This document shows positions 11,270-25,029 of a stretch of 64,000 nucleotides of DNA, one piece after another; within the stretch, counting starts at the first letter, position 1, and each line of letters opens with the position of its first letter. Source of the DNA: Macrostomum hystrix (Eukaryota > Animalia > Platyhelminthes); NCBI GenBank assembly GCA_950097015.1, contig CATNEN010000005.1, forward strand, positions 124,001-188,000, written 5' to 3'. A program made the translations under genes and the position numbers. The notes beneath the pieces are model-generated. The model had not been told where the DNA came from and searched no databases. It worked only from the letters and a program-made list of their open reading frames with translations.

Positions 11270-14200
11270 CTGATTTCGACCATGAAGGATCTATAGACAG
11301 ATTCTGACCATTAAGGATCTATAGACAGCTTCTGACCATGAAGGGATCTATAGACAGATTCCGACTATGAAGGATCTATAGACAGATTTCGACCATGAAG
11401 GATCTATTTGACAGATTTCGACCATGAAGGATCTATTAGACAGATTTCGACCATGAAGGATCTATAGACAGATTTCGACCATGAAGGATCTATTAGACAG
11501 ATTTCGACCATGAAGGATCTATAGACAGATTCCGACCATGAAGAATCTATAGACAGATTTCGACAATGAAGGATCTATAGACAGATTTCGACAATGAAGG
11601 ATCTATAGACAGATTTCGACCATGAAGGATCTATAGACAGATTTCGACAATGAAGGATCTATAGACAGATTTCGACCATGAAGGATCTATAGACAGATTT
11701 CGATAATGAAGGATCTATAGACAGATTCCGACCATGAAGGATCTATAGACAGATTTCGACTATGAAGGATCTATAGACAGATTTCGACTATGAAGGATTC
11801 CGACCATGAAGGATCTATAGACAGATTTCGACTATGAAGGATCTATAGACAGATTTCGACAATGAAGGATCTATAGACAGATTCCGACCATGAAGGATCT
11901 ATTAGACAGATTTCGACCACGAAGGATCTATAGACAGATTCTGACCATGAAGGATCTATTAGACAGATTTCGACCATGAAGGATCTATAGACAGATTCTG
12001 ACCATGAAGGATCTATAGACAGATTTCGACCATGAAAGATCCTATAGACAGATTCTGACCATGAACGATCTATTAGACAGATTTCGACCATGAAGGATCT
12101 ATAGACAGATTCTGACCATGAAGGATCTATTAGACAGATTTCGACCATGAAGGATCTATAGGCAGATTCTGACCATGAAGGATCTATTAGACAGATTTCG
12201 ACCATGAAGGATCTATAGACAGATTTCGACCATGAAGGATCTATAGGCAGATTCTGACCATGAAGGATCTATAGACAGATTTCGACTATGAAGGATCTAT
12301 AGGCAGATTCTGACCATGAAGGATCTATAGACAGATTTCGACCATGAAGGATCTATAGCCAGATTCTGACTATGAAGGATCTATTAGACAGATTTCGACC
12401 ATGAAGGATCTATAGGCAGATTCTGACCATGAAGGATCTATTAGACAGATTTTGACCATGAAGGATCTATAGACAGATTCCGACCATGAAGGATCTATAG
12501 ACAGATTTCGACTATGAAGGATCTATAGGCAGATTCTGACCATGAAGGATCTATAGACAGATTTCGACTATGAAGGATCTATAGGCAGATTCTGACCATG
12601 AAGGTCGATCTATAGGCAGATTCTGACCATGAAGGATCTATAGACAGATTCTGACCATGAAGGATCTATAGACAGATTCTGACCATGAAGGATCTATAGG
12701 CAGATTCTGACCATGAAGGATCTATAGACAGATTTCGACTATGAAGGATCTATAGGCAGATTCCGACCATGAAGGATCTATAGGCAGATTCTGACCATGA
12801 AGGATCTATAGACAGATTTCGACCATGAAGGATCTATAGGCAGATTCTGACCATGAAGGATCTATTAGACAGATTTCGACCATGAAGGATCTATAGGCAG
12901 ATTCTGACCATGAAGGATCTATAGACAGATTCTGACCATGAAGGATCTATAGACAGATTCTGACCATGAAGGATCTATAGACAGATTCTGACCATGAAGG
13001 ATCTATAGGCAGATTCTGACCATGAAGGATCTATTAGACAGATTTTGACCATGAAGGATCTATAGACAGATTCCGACCATGAAGGATCTATAGACAGATT
13101 TCGACTATGAAGGATCTATAGACAGATTTCGACAACGAAGGATCTATAGGCAGATTCTGACCATGAAGGATCTATTAGACAGATTTTGACCATGAAGGAT
13201 CTATAGACAGATTCCGACCATGAAGGATCTATAGACAGATTCTGACCATTAAGGATCTATAGACAGCTTCTGACCATGAAGGGATCTATAGACAGATTCC
13301 GACTATGAAGGATCTATAGACAGATTTCGACCATGAAGGATCTATTTGACAGATTTCGACCATGAAGGATCTATTAGACAGATTTCGACCATGAAGGATC
13401 TATAGACAGATTTCGACCATGAAGGATCTATTAGACAGATTTCGACCATGAAGGATCTATAGACAGATTCCGACCATGAAGAATCTATAGACAGATTTCG
13501 ACAATGAAGGATCTATAGACAGATTTCGACAATGAAGGATCTATAGACAGATTTCGACCATGAAGGATCTATAGACAGATTTCGACAATGAAGGATCTAT
13601 AGACAGATTTCGACCATGAAGGATCTATAGACAGATTTCGATAATGAAGGATCTATAGACAGATTCCGACCATGAAGGATCTATAGACAGATTTCGACTA
13701 TGAAGGATCTATAGACAGATTTCGACTATGAAGGATTCCGACCATGAAGGATCTATAGACAGATTTCGACTATGAAGGATCTATAGACAGATTTCGACAA
13801 TGAAGGATCTATAGACAGATTCCGACCATGAAGGATCTATTAGACAGATTTCGACCACGAAGGATCTATAGACAGATTCTGACCATGAAGGATCTATTAG
13901 ACAGATTTCGACCATGAAGGATCTATAGACAGATTCTGACCATGAAGGATCTATAGACAGATTTCGACCATGAAAGATCCTATAGACAGATTCTGACCAT
14001 GAACGATCTATTAGACAGATTTCGACCATGAAGGATCTATAGACAGATTCTGACCATGAAGGATCTATTAGACAGATTTCGACCATGAAGGATCTATAGG
14101 CAGATTCTGACCATGAAGGATCTATTAGACAGATTTCGACCATGAAGGATCTATAGACAGATTTCGACCATGAAGGATCTATAGGCAGATTCTGACCATG

Positions 14201-15235
14201 AAGGATCTATAGACAGATTTCGACTATGAAGGATCTATAGGCAGATTCTGACCATGAAGGATCTATAGACAGATTTCGACCATGAAGGATCTATAGCCAG
14301 ATTCTGACTATGAAGGATCTATTAGACAGATTTCGACCATGAAGGATCTATAGGCAGATTCTGACCATGAAGGATCTATTAGACAGATTTTGACCATGAA
14401 GGATCTATAGACAGATTCCGACCATGAAGGATCTATAGACAGATTTCGACTATGAAGGATCTATAGGCAGATTCTGACCATGAAGGATCTATAGACAGAT
14501 TTCGACTATGAAGGATCTATAGGCAGATTCTGACCATGAAGGTCGATCTATAGGCAGATTCTGACCATGAAGGATCTATAGACAGATTCTGACCATGAAG
14601 GATCTATAGACAGATTCTGACCATGAAGGATCTATAGGCAGATTCTGACCATGAAGGATCTATAGACAGATTTCGACTATGAAGGATCTATAGGCAGATT
14701 CCGACCATGAAGGATCTATAGGCAGATTCTGACCATGAAGGATCTATAGACAGATTTCGACCATGAAGGATCTATAGGCAGATTCTGACCATGAAGGATC
14801 TATTAGACAGATTTCGACCATGAAGGATCTATAGGCAGATTCTGACCATGAAGGATCTATAGACAGATTCTGACCATGAAGGATCTATAGACAGATTCTG
14901 ACCATGAAGGATCTATAGACAGATTCTGACCATGAAGGATCTATAGGCAGATTCTGACCATGAAGGATCTATTAGACAGATTTTGACCATGAAGGATCTA
15001 TAGACAGATTCCGACCATGAAGGATCTATAGACAGATTTCGACTATGAAGGATCTATAGACAGATTTCGACAACGAAGGATCTATAGGCAGATTCTGACC
15101 ATGAAGGATCTATTAGACAGATTTTGACCATGAAGGATCTATAGACAGATTCCGACCATGAAGGATCTATAGACAGATTTCGACTATGAAGGATCTATAG
15201 ACAGATTTCGACAACGAAGGATCTATAGGCAGATT
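11270..15235. repeat. 28-bp minisatellite (GACCATGAAGGATCTATAGACAGATTTC)n, ~4 kb, intergenic
   Basis: About 140 units, no unique spacers; contains a 1938-bp higher-order duplication. Confidence 0.98.
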
Positions 15236-16963
15236 AGATCGTATAATTTAGATCATTAGACGCATTTATCTCACTCCAAAAATGTTTGCAGATGTGCTCA
15301 AATTTGCGATGCTTGAGATCGTCTAATATAAACTAGAATTAAAGAAACTTGCAAAAGTCGAGCAATTCCACAACTTTCCAGGGCTGTTTCCCAGGCCTAG
15401 ATTTTAGACAAACAATAAAATTTAACTTATTTTTTTGTCGGCTTTCAAGCGACTGTGTGACTTTCTGCAGTTTTTGCACTTTTTGCATTCGGTAGTTGTG
15501 ACTTGCTGATGTGTGAAAAGGCCATCGTGTTAGGGCTTAATACATGACACCTAGTCAAACATTGGGGGACGAGATGTACAGCTAGTGGTGTACAGATGTA
15601 CAGCAAAAATCATTTAAATTTTATTTTGCCAAAATCGACACGTTTTGCATTACTTAAACAAGTTAGTTTTTATTTTATAGAATGAAACAACATTGATTTA
15701 TTTATGGTCTAGATTTTGGATAATTAGACCGTAAAAATACATTGCACAAATTGTTATCAAATTGTTTATTCTGCATATTGGCCACTGAGTTTGTCTTCAA
15801 TTAAGGTCTAAGTCGCCTAACGGTTATCTATAATCATGAAGGCATTATAATAAAAATAGAAAAATAGAACGCAATGAACGAATAAAAAATCTGTTTTTTA
15901 TGGAATATAAAAAATAATTTCTATAAAAACAACATTATATCCCTTACAATGTTAAAGCTAAAAATGTAGCTTTTCTGTATACATGAAGTTCAATTATAAC
16001 GCTGTTTCCAGTTTGGCAACTGGTTTTGTTATTATCGTTGATCATTGGTCTTTGTTCGTTTATCAACATTAACCATTGTCCGATTGTTCATCGGCAGCAA
16101 AGAGTGTGAATACATGAAAACGTTTTTGTCGCTACTTTTACAACTTATGTACTAGTAAGTCCATAAGAATGTTTAATTATTCTAGATTTTATGAACATGG
16201 TACATTATTTAAACATGTCAAAATAATTTAAGAAACGCGGTCGAGTCAAGAAAAGGTAAAGTAATTGAAAAAGTTAGGACAAAAGTTTAAAACTAGAAAG
16301 GCACTCATGCAGGTAATTGGGTGCAAGTTAGGATGTATTTCTTTGTTTTCATAAGCAAAAACGCTTAAAGGTACATTAATTAGAACTTATATTAAGACTG
16401 GGACGGAATGGCATAACCTAGTAATAGGATTTTTTGTCTTGCAGTAGTGACCGAGTGCATTGAAACAAGACTAATATTTGCTTTGAAGTTTTTTATACAA
16501 TAAAACAGCATGATATGCATCTGCTTAATCTACTATAGCATCTAGACAGACAATATTGCATTTATTTGAGTTAGAAAAGAAATAAAAACCTACAATCTTG
16601 CTATATTAGGATATTATATTCTCTATTCATTCCGAAACTTCTGTAAATACGACTCGTATGTTTAAAATACTGTCGGTGAATATTAAACCCGGAAAAATAC
16701 ATTTGAAAATCCGGAAATGACTACGCAACTTAAATATACGACACTATATCCAGCTCGCATATTTGTGATGTCAATTTTCATTTTCGCTTGTAATTATTTA
16801 TATGTTAATATTAATTAAACTATTTACTTGGAGTCTATTCGAAATACTCTAAATTCAATCGTATGTGCAGCCGCGTGCTTTGATTTTGATTATTTAGACA
16901 ATTTCGTTTTCCGCTTATGTCAGAATAAAACAAAAGACCATGCAGTTTACCAAAAATCACGAG

Positions 16964-19900
16964 TTACATGACTTGGCAAACCTGTGACGACTTGTCAGTT
17001 GTCGATTCCAGTGCAGTCAAATCCAGTTGCGTTGCTCGACGACGATTGCCTTCAACGTAGATGTCGCGTCGGAAACGTCCGTGAGCCAGTGGGATGCTGT
17101 GAAGTGAAGGATTTGAAATTAAGACTTAGGGGTTTTTCGCTTTTAAACTATGGTGTGGAGTTCGATCCCTGAATCCCGACGTCCACGAGCGTAAACGAAC
17201 AAATTATATCCTTTACGCTGGTTTCAATGATGGGATATGCGATGTTAATTTTTCGAGTATTTCGATCGTTTTAAAATGAGAGCAGGAAGACTTTTGTTAT
17301 AATTAAAGGCGAGCACACACTTGTCAATGCCTGGTCTGATCAGCGCATTGATGACAGCATAGACTGGCCGATGGTCGGAGCAGCGCAGCTCTGAGACGCT
17401 ATTGTAGGCTGTCACCCGGGCAGTGCCGGGGCGCCGGCATCGATAAAGAATTCGGTCCTGGAGAAGTTAATTTTGGTTCGTTAGCTGCTGATTAGTTAAT
17501 AATCCTTGTATACTAAAAAACTTTTTCGCATGACTTAACAGTTTTAAAAGCAATCTAATCATTAATTAAGAAACGAATACAATCGTTAAAATATTAAAAA
17601 AACTATCCAATAGTTTTACAAGCCCTATATTTATCCCTAGTGGAGTCGACCAATCCCAAGAATTATTCTCCAAACTGACAAGGAGTCCTGTAATCCAAAT
17701 ACTCCAAAAACTCCTAAAACAATTCTGTAATCCTTAGAACAATCCTGTAATCCTTAGAACAATCCTGTAATCCTTAGAACAATCCTGTAATCCTTAGAAC
17801 AATCCTGTAATCATTAGAACAATCCTGTAATCCTTAGAACAATCCTGTAATCCTTAGAACAGTCCTGTAATCCTTAGAACAATCCTGTAATCATTAGAAC
17901 AATCCTGTAATCCTTAGAACAATCCTGTAATCATTAGAACAATCCTGTAAAAGTCCTTAGAACAATCCTGTAATCGTTAGAACAATCCTGTAATCCATAG
18001 AACAATCCTGTAATCCCAAAAACATTTCTGTAATCCCAAAAAACAATCCTGTAATCCTTAGAAAAATCCTGTAATCATTAGAGCAACCCTGTAATCCTTA
18101 GAACGATCCTGTAATCCTTAGAACAATCCTGTGATCCCAAAACAATCCTGTAATCCAAAAAACAATCCTGTAATCCTTAGAACAATCTTGTAATCCTTAG
18201 AACAATCCTGTAATCCTTAGAACAATCTAGTAATCCTAAAAAAACTATTTAGTAATCCTAAAATACAATCATGTAAACCTAAAGCAATATTGTTATCCCA
18301 AGAATAATCCTTTAATCACTAGAATAATCCTTTAGTCCCTAAAAATCATGGTGTGCCTAGAAGGATAATGTAATCCAATGAATATTTATTACAATCTATA
18401 AAATAATTCTGTCACCCCGGAAAAAATCCTGAAATGACTAGAAAAATTCTAGCACTTAAAAATTATACTTGAATCACTAAATTAAACTTAGAAAACCATC
18501 AGATCGAGGAGTGCGAACCGGTGGATACGGAAATTCAGAAATCCCCATTTGATAAAAAATCCTAGTCTCTACGATAGCTGGAATGATTGATTTACTGCTG
18601 ACTCACAGTGTAGCTGGGAACCCTCTGCTTATTAGAAGTGTCGTACGTGTCTGTGTTTTTATCGAATTTGTAGGTTGGCGCGAAGCGAATGTCGCCTTCT
18701 AGAAAATTTTTGAAAATCTTCCCCTCAGCCTGGGCCATCTTCAATTCGTCGCCAGGGATGAGCGCTTCGGCGGCGTCGGCGGCTGCCGCTTCTGACGGAC
18801 TGGACGTTGACAATAGTCTGTCAACTCGTTGCCTATCGCCGAAGCCGATGCGCACGCGAAAATTCAAATCGCCAGACCAGATTGCGTAATCAAAGCGCTC
18901 GGTGACGTCATCGCCTGGTTTGTTTTCAAAATAAACGATTGTACTGTTAAATTTAAACAAATTTTATGTACATTATAACAAAAAAATCGGACGTGTTTTA
19001 AATGCTGAACTTAAATAAAAAAGTGATTGATTATAACTTAAGGAAATTTAATTCCAGAATTAAATTATATTTCACTCACTTTGCCTAACAGGTTTAGTAA
19101 ATTTCGGCAAATCCAATCGACTGATAATTTTCTGATAGTCGTGAATTCTTTTTTCAAAATTTGCGTCGTCATCTGCAATGGAAAACATTGTTAGACATGT
19201 TGTAAAATAACTGTTAGATAGAAAGTCAAATGACTGTTTAACAGGTTGTAAAATATACGCGTATGTTGGGCTATCTTAAACTATTAGCTATGTCGCAGTG
19301 GCAGTAATAACTCGAAATGTTAGTCTTAGAACTCACGTTTGAAATGCGAACTGATAAACAGCATTGAGGTGCCAAAAAGAGTGAAACAAATCGCTGCGCA
19401 ACCCTTTGTTGCCAGGGCGATCCGAGTCGAAATAACGCCTGTGTCAGGAACTAAAAATAATATTTAAAACATTGCATTTAGTACCATACTACTATTATAT
19501 GTTGAAATTAAGTAGCATAAGTATATTTTTTTCTTAAAATATAAGTACGTTTCGCTCACCAGAAACAAACCAAATCAGATCGCGTCTTAGAAAAATAGCC
19601 AATAGTAGAGCTTTATTACGGCAGCACTCGAACAGCACGTGATTTGGCCCGATTGTTGCTTGGCAACGAAGCAGAAGCTCTTTGCTATTCGAAGTTAGTT
19701 GAGTTACTTAAAGGTTACTTAAACCATATTCAATTCCCTAGACTATTGTACTTACATATCTGGGGTCACTTCTTGAAAGCACAGGGCGTAAATGTCGGGC
19801 ACGTGTTCCTGTTCCGGTGGGAAAAGCAGCGATTCCAGCGACCGAGGGTAAGCCTGAGAATATGAGGGGTTGAAAAAAAATGAAAATGTTTGACAAAACC

Positions 19901-21889
19901 GGCCGATAAATAGGAAACCTAACAGCCTGACAGGAAACCTACTAGTTTGACAGGAAACCTAACAGCCTGACAGGAAACCTACTAGTTTGACAGGAAACCT
20001 AACAGCCTGACAGGAAACCTACTAGTTTGACAGGAAACCTAACAGCCTGACAGGAAACCTACTAGTTTGACAGGAAACCTAACAGTCTAACAGTAAACCC
20101 ACTAGTCTAACAGTAAACCTACTAGTCTAACAGGAAATCACCTAGTCTAACAGGAAATCACCTAGTCTAACAGGAAATCACCTAGTCTAACAGGAAATCA
20201 CCTAGTCTAACAGGAAATCACCTAGTCTAACAGGAAATCACCTAGTCTAACAGGAAATCACCTAGTCTAACAGGAAATCACCTAGTCTAACAGGAAATCA
20301 CCTAGTCTAACAGGAAATCACCTAGTCTAACAGGAAATCACCTAGTCTAACAGGAAATCACCTAGTCTAACAAGCCAAATTTCGGCAACCTCCCGGCAAG
20401 AAGTTAAAGTCTGAACTCACATTTGAATTTAGCCCGGCCATATTCCAGGTGACGGCCATAATGTCGATGCGTCGTTCAGCAATTAACGCGTCTAGCTGAT
20501 CAGCGCCCAACAGTCCGTTGGCGCTTTGACTGCCGTGCAGAAATGTTCTACCGCGGACATCGCTAACCGGTATTTTGCGCATTGTTGAAGACGCATTCGA
20601 CGCTAATGAACTGCTGGATCCGCGCGTCTCTGTCGCCAGGTTTGCCAACGATACGGACGATTGAAACCGGCGCTGTTCCAGCCTACCCAGGCGATCGGAG
20701 CCCGAGTTATTATCCCAGGTGTTTAATCGATCAAGGCCAACGTCGGTATCGTCTGCGCTGGTTTTTGAGGCTGCCACTGTTGCCGCTAGCACGTCTGACG
20801 ACTCGGCGGTTGAAGCTAAGTCCTGGTGAATGTTGATTTTAGTGGTTCACGTGTCTATGCTAAAAGTAATCGTTACTTGTTGATTACACCTGTCCCAATT
20901 GGGCCAGATGTGCAGCCGACCGCACAGCCGCAGCTATTTCGCGGCGCATCTGAGGGCTGCGTACGGCTGTTCAGTCCATGGACTGGTATCGAGGCCACAC
21001 CCACCCTCAATTATTCTAGCTAATGCAGAGTTAAGCGACACAGATTGTTCAAGCGGAGTCGGGAATCGAACCCCCGACGTCCAAGTCGTTAGTCAGACGC
21101 TCTAGAAGCTTGGCTATAACCCTATAAAAAATTCAATAACTATTTGGGATCAGTAGCTCAAAATATGATTACTGAATAAAGGTGCAAAGAATCTACAATT
21201 AACCAATCAAGGACAGATCTACAGCAAGTAGCTAGATCAGTCCATGGACTGGGGACTGTCAAATGCCTAGCTAAATTTCTACCCCAGCAAATGCTGGTAA
21301 CAATTTTCCAACTAAGACTCAGTATAGAAAAAAGTGATTATAAGTAAATTGGTAGGCAGAAAGCAGTTATGTACTCCCACAGGTGCTATATGTACATCTG
21401 TCTCATTGTCAGGCAGTGTAAACTTTCGTTGGGCCTGTTGAGTTAACCTTCTTTTTCTTCGGCTGCACCCAATTTAGTGACTCAAAGGGACATTTGGATA
21501 AATTAATAAAATAATTCAGTATTTAGTATCACCTGCGTGCTGAGACTTCGCTTAATGCCGCTTAGCCTGATGCTGCCAGCTTCGGGCAATATCTGCTGCT
21601 GAATTCCTTGCTCCTGACGGCGACTAACCAGTCTGCTGCTGCCGCCATTGCCGCCGCTTCCAGTCGAGGAAGACTTCGGAGCCGGCGGCGGTAAGCCGGC
21701 ATCAGCAGGCATTGCCCTGCCAGGCGACTTCAAAGTATCGCCTCCGCCTGTACTGCGAAGACTGGCGTTGGATGCCGTGGGTGACGCGATCAAGCCCCGC
21801 TGCTCGGCTAGGCGAGACAGGCCCGAGCGGCGTCGCCGACTGGAGCGAGGTGTTTCGTCATCCGCCTCGACAAAGGAAGCGCTGGACAT
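16964..21889 (-). CDS. INPP5E: Inositol polyphosphate 5-phosphatase, INPP5E type (ciliary, prenylated), 9 exons, ~588 aa
   Basis: Exons 21889-21533, 20822-20421, 19853-19756, 19684-19560, 19450-19337, 19172-19080, 18914-18607, 17457-17321, 17096-16964; all GT-AG and phase-consistent. Motifs VTWNMAG, DIYALCFQE, FLRRDLIWF, TKGCAAICFTLFGTSMLFISSHF, WSGDLNFR, PTYKFD, PSYTDRILY, SDHRPV, and C-terminal CaaX box CQVM. The start ATG is the least certain part. Confidence 0.93.
17705..18240. repeat. 20-bp minisatellite (AACAATCCTGTAATCCTTAG)n in INPP5E intron 7
   Basis: About 26 units, degenerating towards the right. Confidence 0.95.
19912..20372. repeat. Compound 20/21-bp minisatellite in INPP5E intron 2
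   Basis: Alternating ACCTAACAGCCTGACAGGAA / ACCTACTAGTTTGACAGGAA 20-mers grade into homogeneous CACCTAGTCTAACAGGAAAT units. Confidence 0.95.
20900..21122 (-). mobile_element. tRNA-derived SINE copy in INPP5E intron 1
   Basis: Minus strand has an A-box-like TAGCCAAGC and B-box GGGGGTTCGATTCCCGACTCCGC. The body (GCAGCTATT..GCGGCGCATCTGA..GGCTGTTCAGTCCATGGACTGG) is shared with 46330-46600. Confidence 0.8.
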
Positions 21890-23623
21890 GTGGCCGGCCA
21901 ATAGCTGCTTGCTTTTCGTCGACTTATTATTGATAATATTACGGCTGTTGAGAGAGAATAAGCAATTTTTTCCTGGTATTTTTTAATGTTTACAATTGAC
22001 AGATCTAGATCGATAGACAACTTCAGCAGAGGCAATGGATTAAAAAAATTTTTTTTTAATTTTTAAAGTAAAATAGAATTAAAGATAAAATTTTTAGTAC
22101 TTTTTTTAATAATATGTCACGTATTCGTCTATTATAATGATTAAAATTTAATATTGTATAAATTGTATTGTATAAATAATAACTAAAACTATAAGTATTG
22201 CACATATATATACATTATATTAATCCTTGTGTACCTGTTTCTAGGCAGTTTCTTTCTGCCGTTTTTATAGCGTGTTAATATAAGTATACTTTAGAAATAA
22301 TATGCTGCGTGCGCCAGTGCCACTGTATTACATTAGCTTCTGTATTACCATAATATTTATCCATTTAGTAAGTCTAGTTTATCAATAAAGTGCGATTCCA
22401 TTTGATCACAGTAATGTGTGCAAAGTTAAGTATATAAAACTGGTTGAAATTTGCATTATTTAACAAAAAATAAAAGCTAGTAAGTATGATTGATTTCGCA
22501 AGCTAATAGAATTCAATTTTTGGCACAGCATTTAAACTGCTTAAAAAATGACAAAAATGTGGCCTTCTAACCTAAACCAAATCAGCGCGTCCTAATCAAG
22601 TATTTTAGTCAATTCAAAAGTGAAAAAATATCTGTATAAAATTTTTTAGGATTTTCATGTAAAAAACTAGTAATATTATTTTTTCTACAACTAACATTTA
22701 ATTTGTTACTTTTTGTTTGACTACTTCTCATGTCATCGTACACCGTTTCGCTTTTTTAAATATTGTTCAAGTTTTACTGACCCCGATGACTTCAAATGAA
22801 AATGAAAGTTTTCTTCAACAGATTGTCAGCCTCGTTTCAAATGCGATAACGGCTGTGGTCGTTGCATTAAAAATTCATTTGTTTTAAGTTCAAAGAATGA
22901 AATAATGAGAGAAAAACTACAAGAAAAGAGCCTTGTGGTTGTGGCAATAAACCTTAAGCTTGAAATTTTGTGTATCCTTACAAAACACTAGACGTGGTAA
23001 ATATAGAGGCAAATTAAAGCCGCTGAGCTAACTGGCTTTATTTATTTTTTGTATTTAACGTTTGCCTTCGCTTAAGAAGGCGTCTTTAATAGCAATTGCC
23101 AAATAGGATAGCTAATAATGATTCCTTTAGTTATCTGCAAAAGATTGCATTTCCGTGCCGTAACTCTTATTTCTAAGTTAAAATGCTATTTGTATCCATT
23201 TATTTCAATGCTCATTAAAAATTAAGACAGTTTATAAGAACAAATTTTTATGCACTGTTAAAAATAAAAACTTGTTTCAATATTTGAAGAAAAATCACAG
23301 TTAACAATGCATTTGTTCCATAGGGCCTAAGTAAACATGCATTTTGTCAAATTAAAATGCTTTAAACCTTTTTACTATTTTCTTTTATTTATTAAGTAAG
23401 GCGTCTTTTACTAATATCAGCTCTCTCTATTATTTTTTTCTATTTTTATTTTTCAAAACCTTTCAGGAGACCCTTTTTGTTATTCAACAACTGAAAAACT
23501 AGACATAGTAGACATATAGCTCATTGATGTATTGGTAAGTACAAATTGCAGTGGCTATGCAAACACATATCTAACAACCTACAACTAAATTTGCATTAAC
23601 CTATCATAAAAAGTCATTGCACA

Positions 23624-24877
23624 TCTATGTATATAAAAGTGAAAACTCTGTCTGTCTGTCTGTGTGCAACCTTTTGTCTTTATAGACGCCGAAACCGCTC
23701 AACCAAATCGCACCAAACTTTGCACATACCTAAAACCACCTACGCTGAGTGCAATAGGCTACTCAAATTCCCGAAAAATCATTTCCTTCCTGCTCAAAAG
23801 TGCAAAAAACTGCTCAAAAATCGTCAAAAAATCACTCAATTCGACATATCGTCGCCCCACTTTGTCAGATTTTCTCCAAATTTGATCCTCTTACACTTTA
23901 CATGTTTTCCAACAATGCTGTCAATTTTGAATATCTCTACTCAATCCAGAGCAAAGCTGCATCATCTCAAAGTGAGTCACTTTTTGTTTTCCGAGGACAG
24001 CCACCCCAACTCCCCTCCGCCACTCTGCGGGCCAAATTTTATTACAGCCACCCCCTCCCTTCCCCGGGCGCCGAAGCCCCAGACTGTACATTGTATTTCA
24101 AGCCGTGAATGTACACAGCCCAAACCCCTAGACTGTCTACTGGCCCCCAAGCAGCACTGAGACTGAGTGCGGTGAGTGCGGTGGCGTCCCAGTGCGCAGG
24201 GCTCTCCGGTCAATATTTCTCTCCAGCCAGCCTGGGATAGAAGAAAGAGAGAGGCTGGCGTTGACTGGCTGTCAGAGAGGGCAATTCTGTGTCCTAGAAA
24301 TGATGCCGCCAACGAAATTAACTACCAACTGCTTCAGGAGTTGCCAGGTGCAGTTTTCACCTACAAGTCAATTGATACAACGTTGACTGATGACACCGCT
24401 GTGGAGTATCCTGTTGAGTTTCTGAACTCTCTAGATCCTCCTGGAACTCCATCGCACAACTTGCAGCTGAAAGTTGGGGCACCAATTATGCTCCTCCGCA
24501 ACCTGAATGCGCCAAGGCTGTGTAACGGCACCAGACTGATAGTCAGGCGGCTCTTCCCACACGTGATTGAGGCCACGATAATGACTGGATCTGGCAGAGG
24601 AGAGTCTGTGTTCGTTCCCCGGATTCCAATTATCCCCACGGACCTGCCATTTCAGTTCAAGCGACTGCAGTTCCCTGTGAGAGTGTGCTTTGCGATGACT
24701 ATTAACAAGGCTCAGGGACAGTCGCTGAAGGTGGCTGGCATCAACCTGGAGACTCCTTGCTTCTCGCATGGGCAGCTTTATGTTGCCTGCTCCCGTGTTG
24801 GAACTCCAGCTGGCCTATTCATTTTCGCACCAAGGGGAAGAACGAAGAATGTGGTGTATCCCCAGGCCTTGAGGTGA
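23624..24877 (+). mobile_element. Helitron deletion derivative: 5' terminus plus C-terminal Pif1-type helicase ORF (24176-24877)
   Basis: A|TC 5' end at 23624 followed by TATGTATATAAAA..(CTGT)n, which looks like a Helitron 5' end. The 233-codon ORF has Helitron/Pif1 helicase motifs WLSERAILCPRND, LKVGAPIMLLRNL...LCNGTRL, QFPVRVCFAMTINKAQGQSL and FSHGQLYVACSRV. Rep domain and Walker A are absent; the 3' CTAG end was not firmly located. Confidence 0.9.
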
Positions 24878-25029
24878 ATCGCAAGCAATTAATAGAAAAG
24901 TAGTCACGAATTGACCTTGACCTGTCTAACTCTCAACTCTGAAACAGTTTAATTTTGTTTCTTTGACATTGTTATTGTTATGCCATGGCTATTTTCCTTA
25001 TGTATACGCGTGTACATGCATACTGTATA

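Noticed and set aside
11270-15235. 28-bp repeat as a CRISPR array, or ORFs 11843 and 13781 as genes
   Set aside because: Units are head-to-tail with no unique spacers, there are no cas genes, and the context is eukaryotic; the ORFs are repeat translations.
21040-21122. tRNA gene (also at 46527-46600 and a degenerate copy at ~42285-42345)
   Set aside because: A- and B-boxes are present, but acceptor and anticodon stems do not pair and the heads continue into a shared repeat body, so these are SINE heads.
22785-22886. 33-codon ORF MTSNENESFLQQIVSLVSNAITAVVVALKIHLF
   Set aside because: Too short, with no homology or splice support recognisable; compatible with chance.
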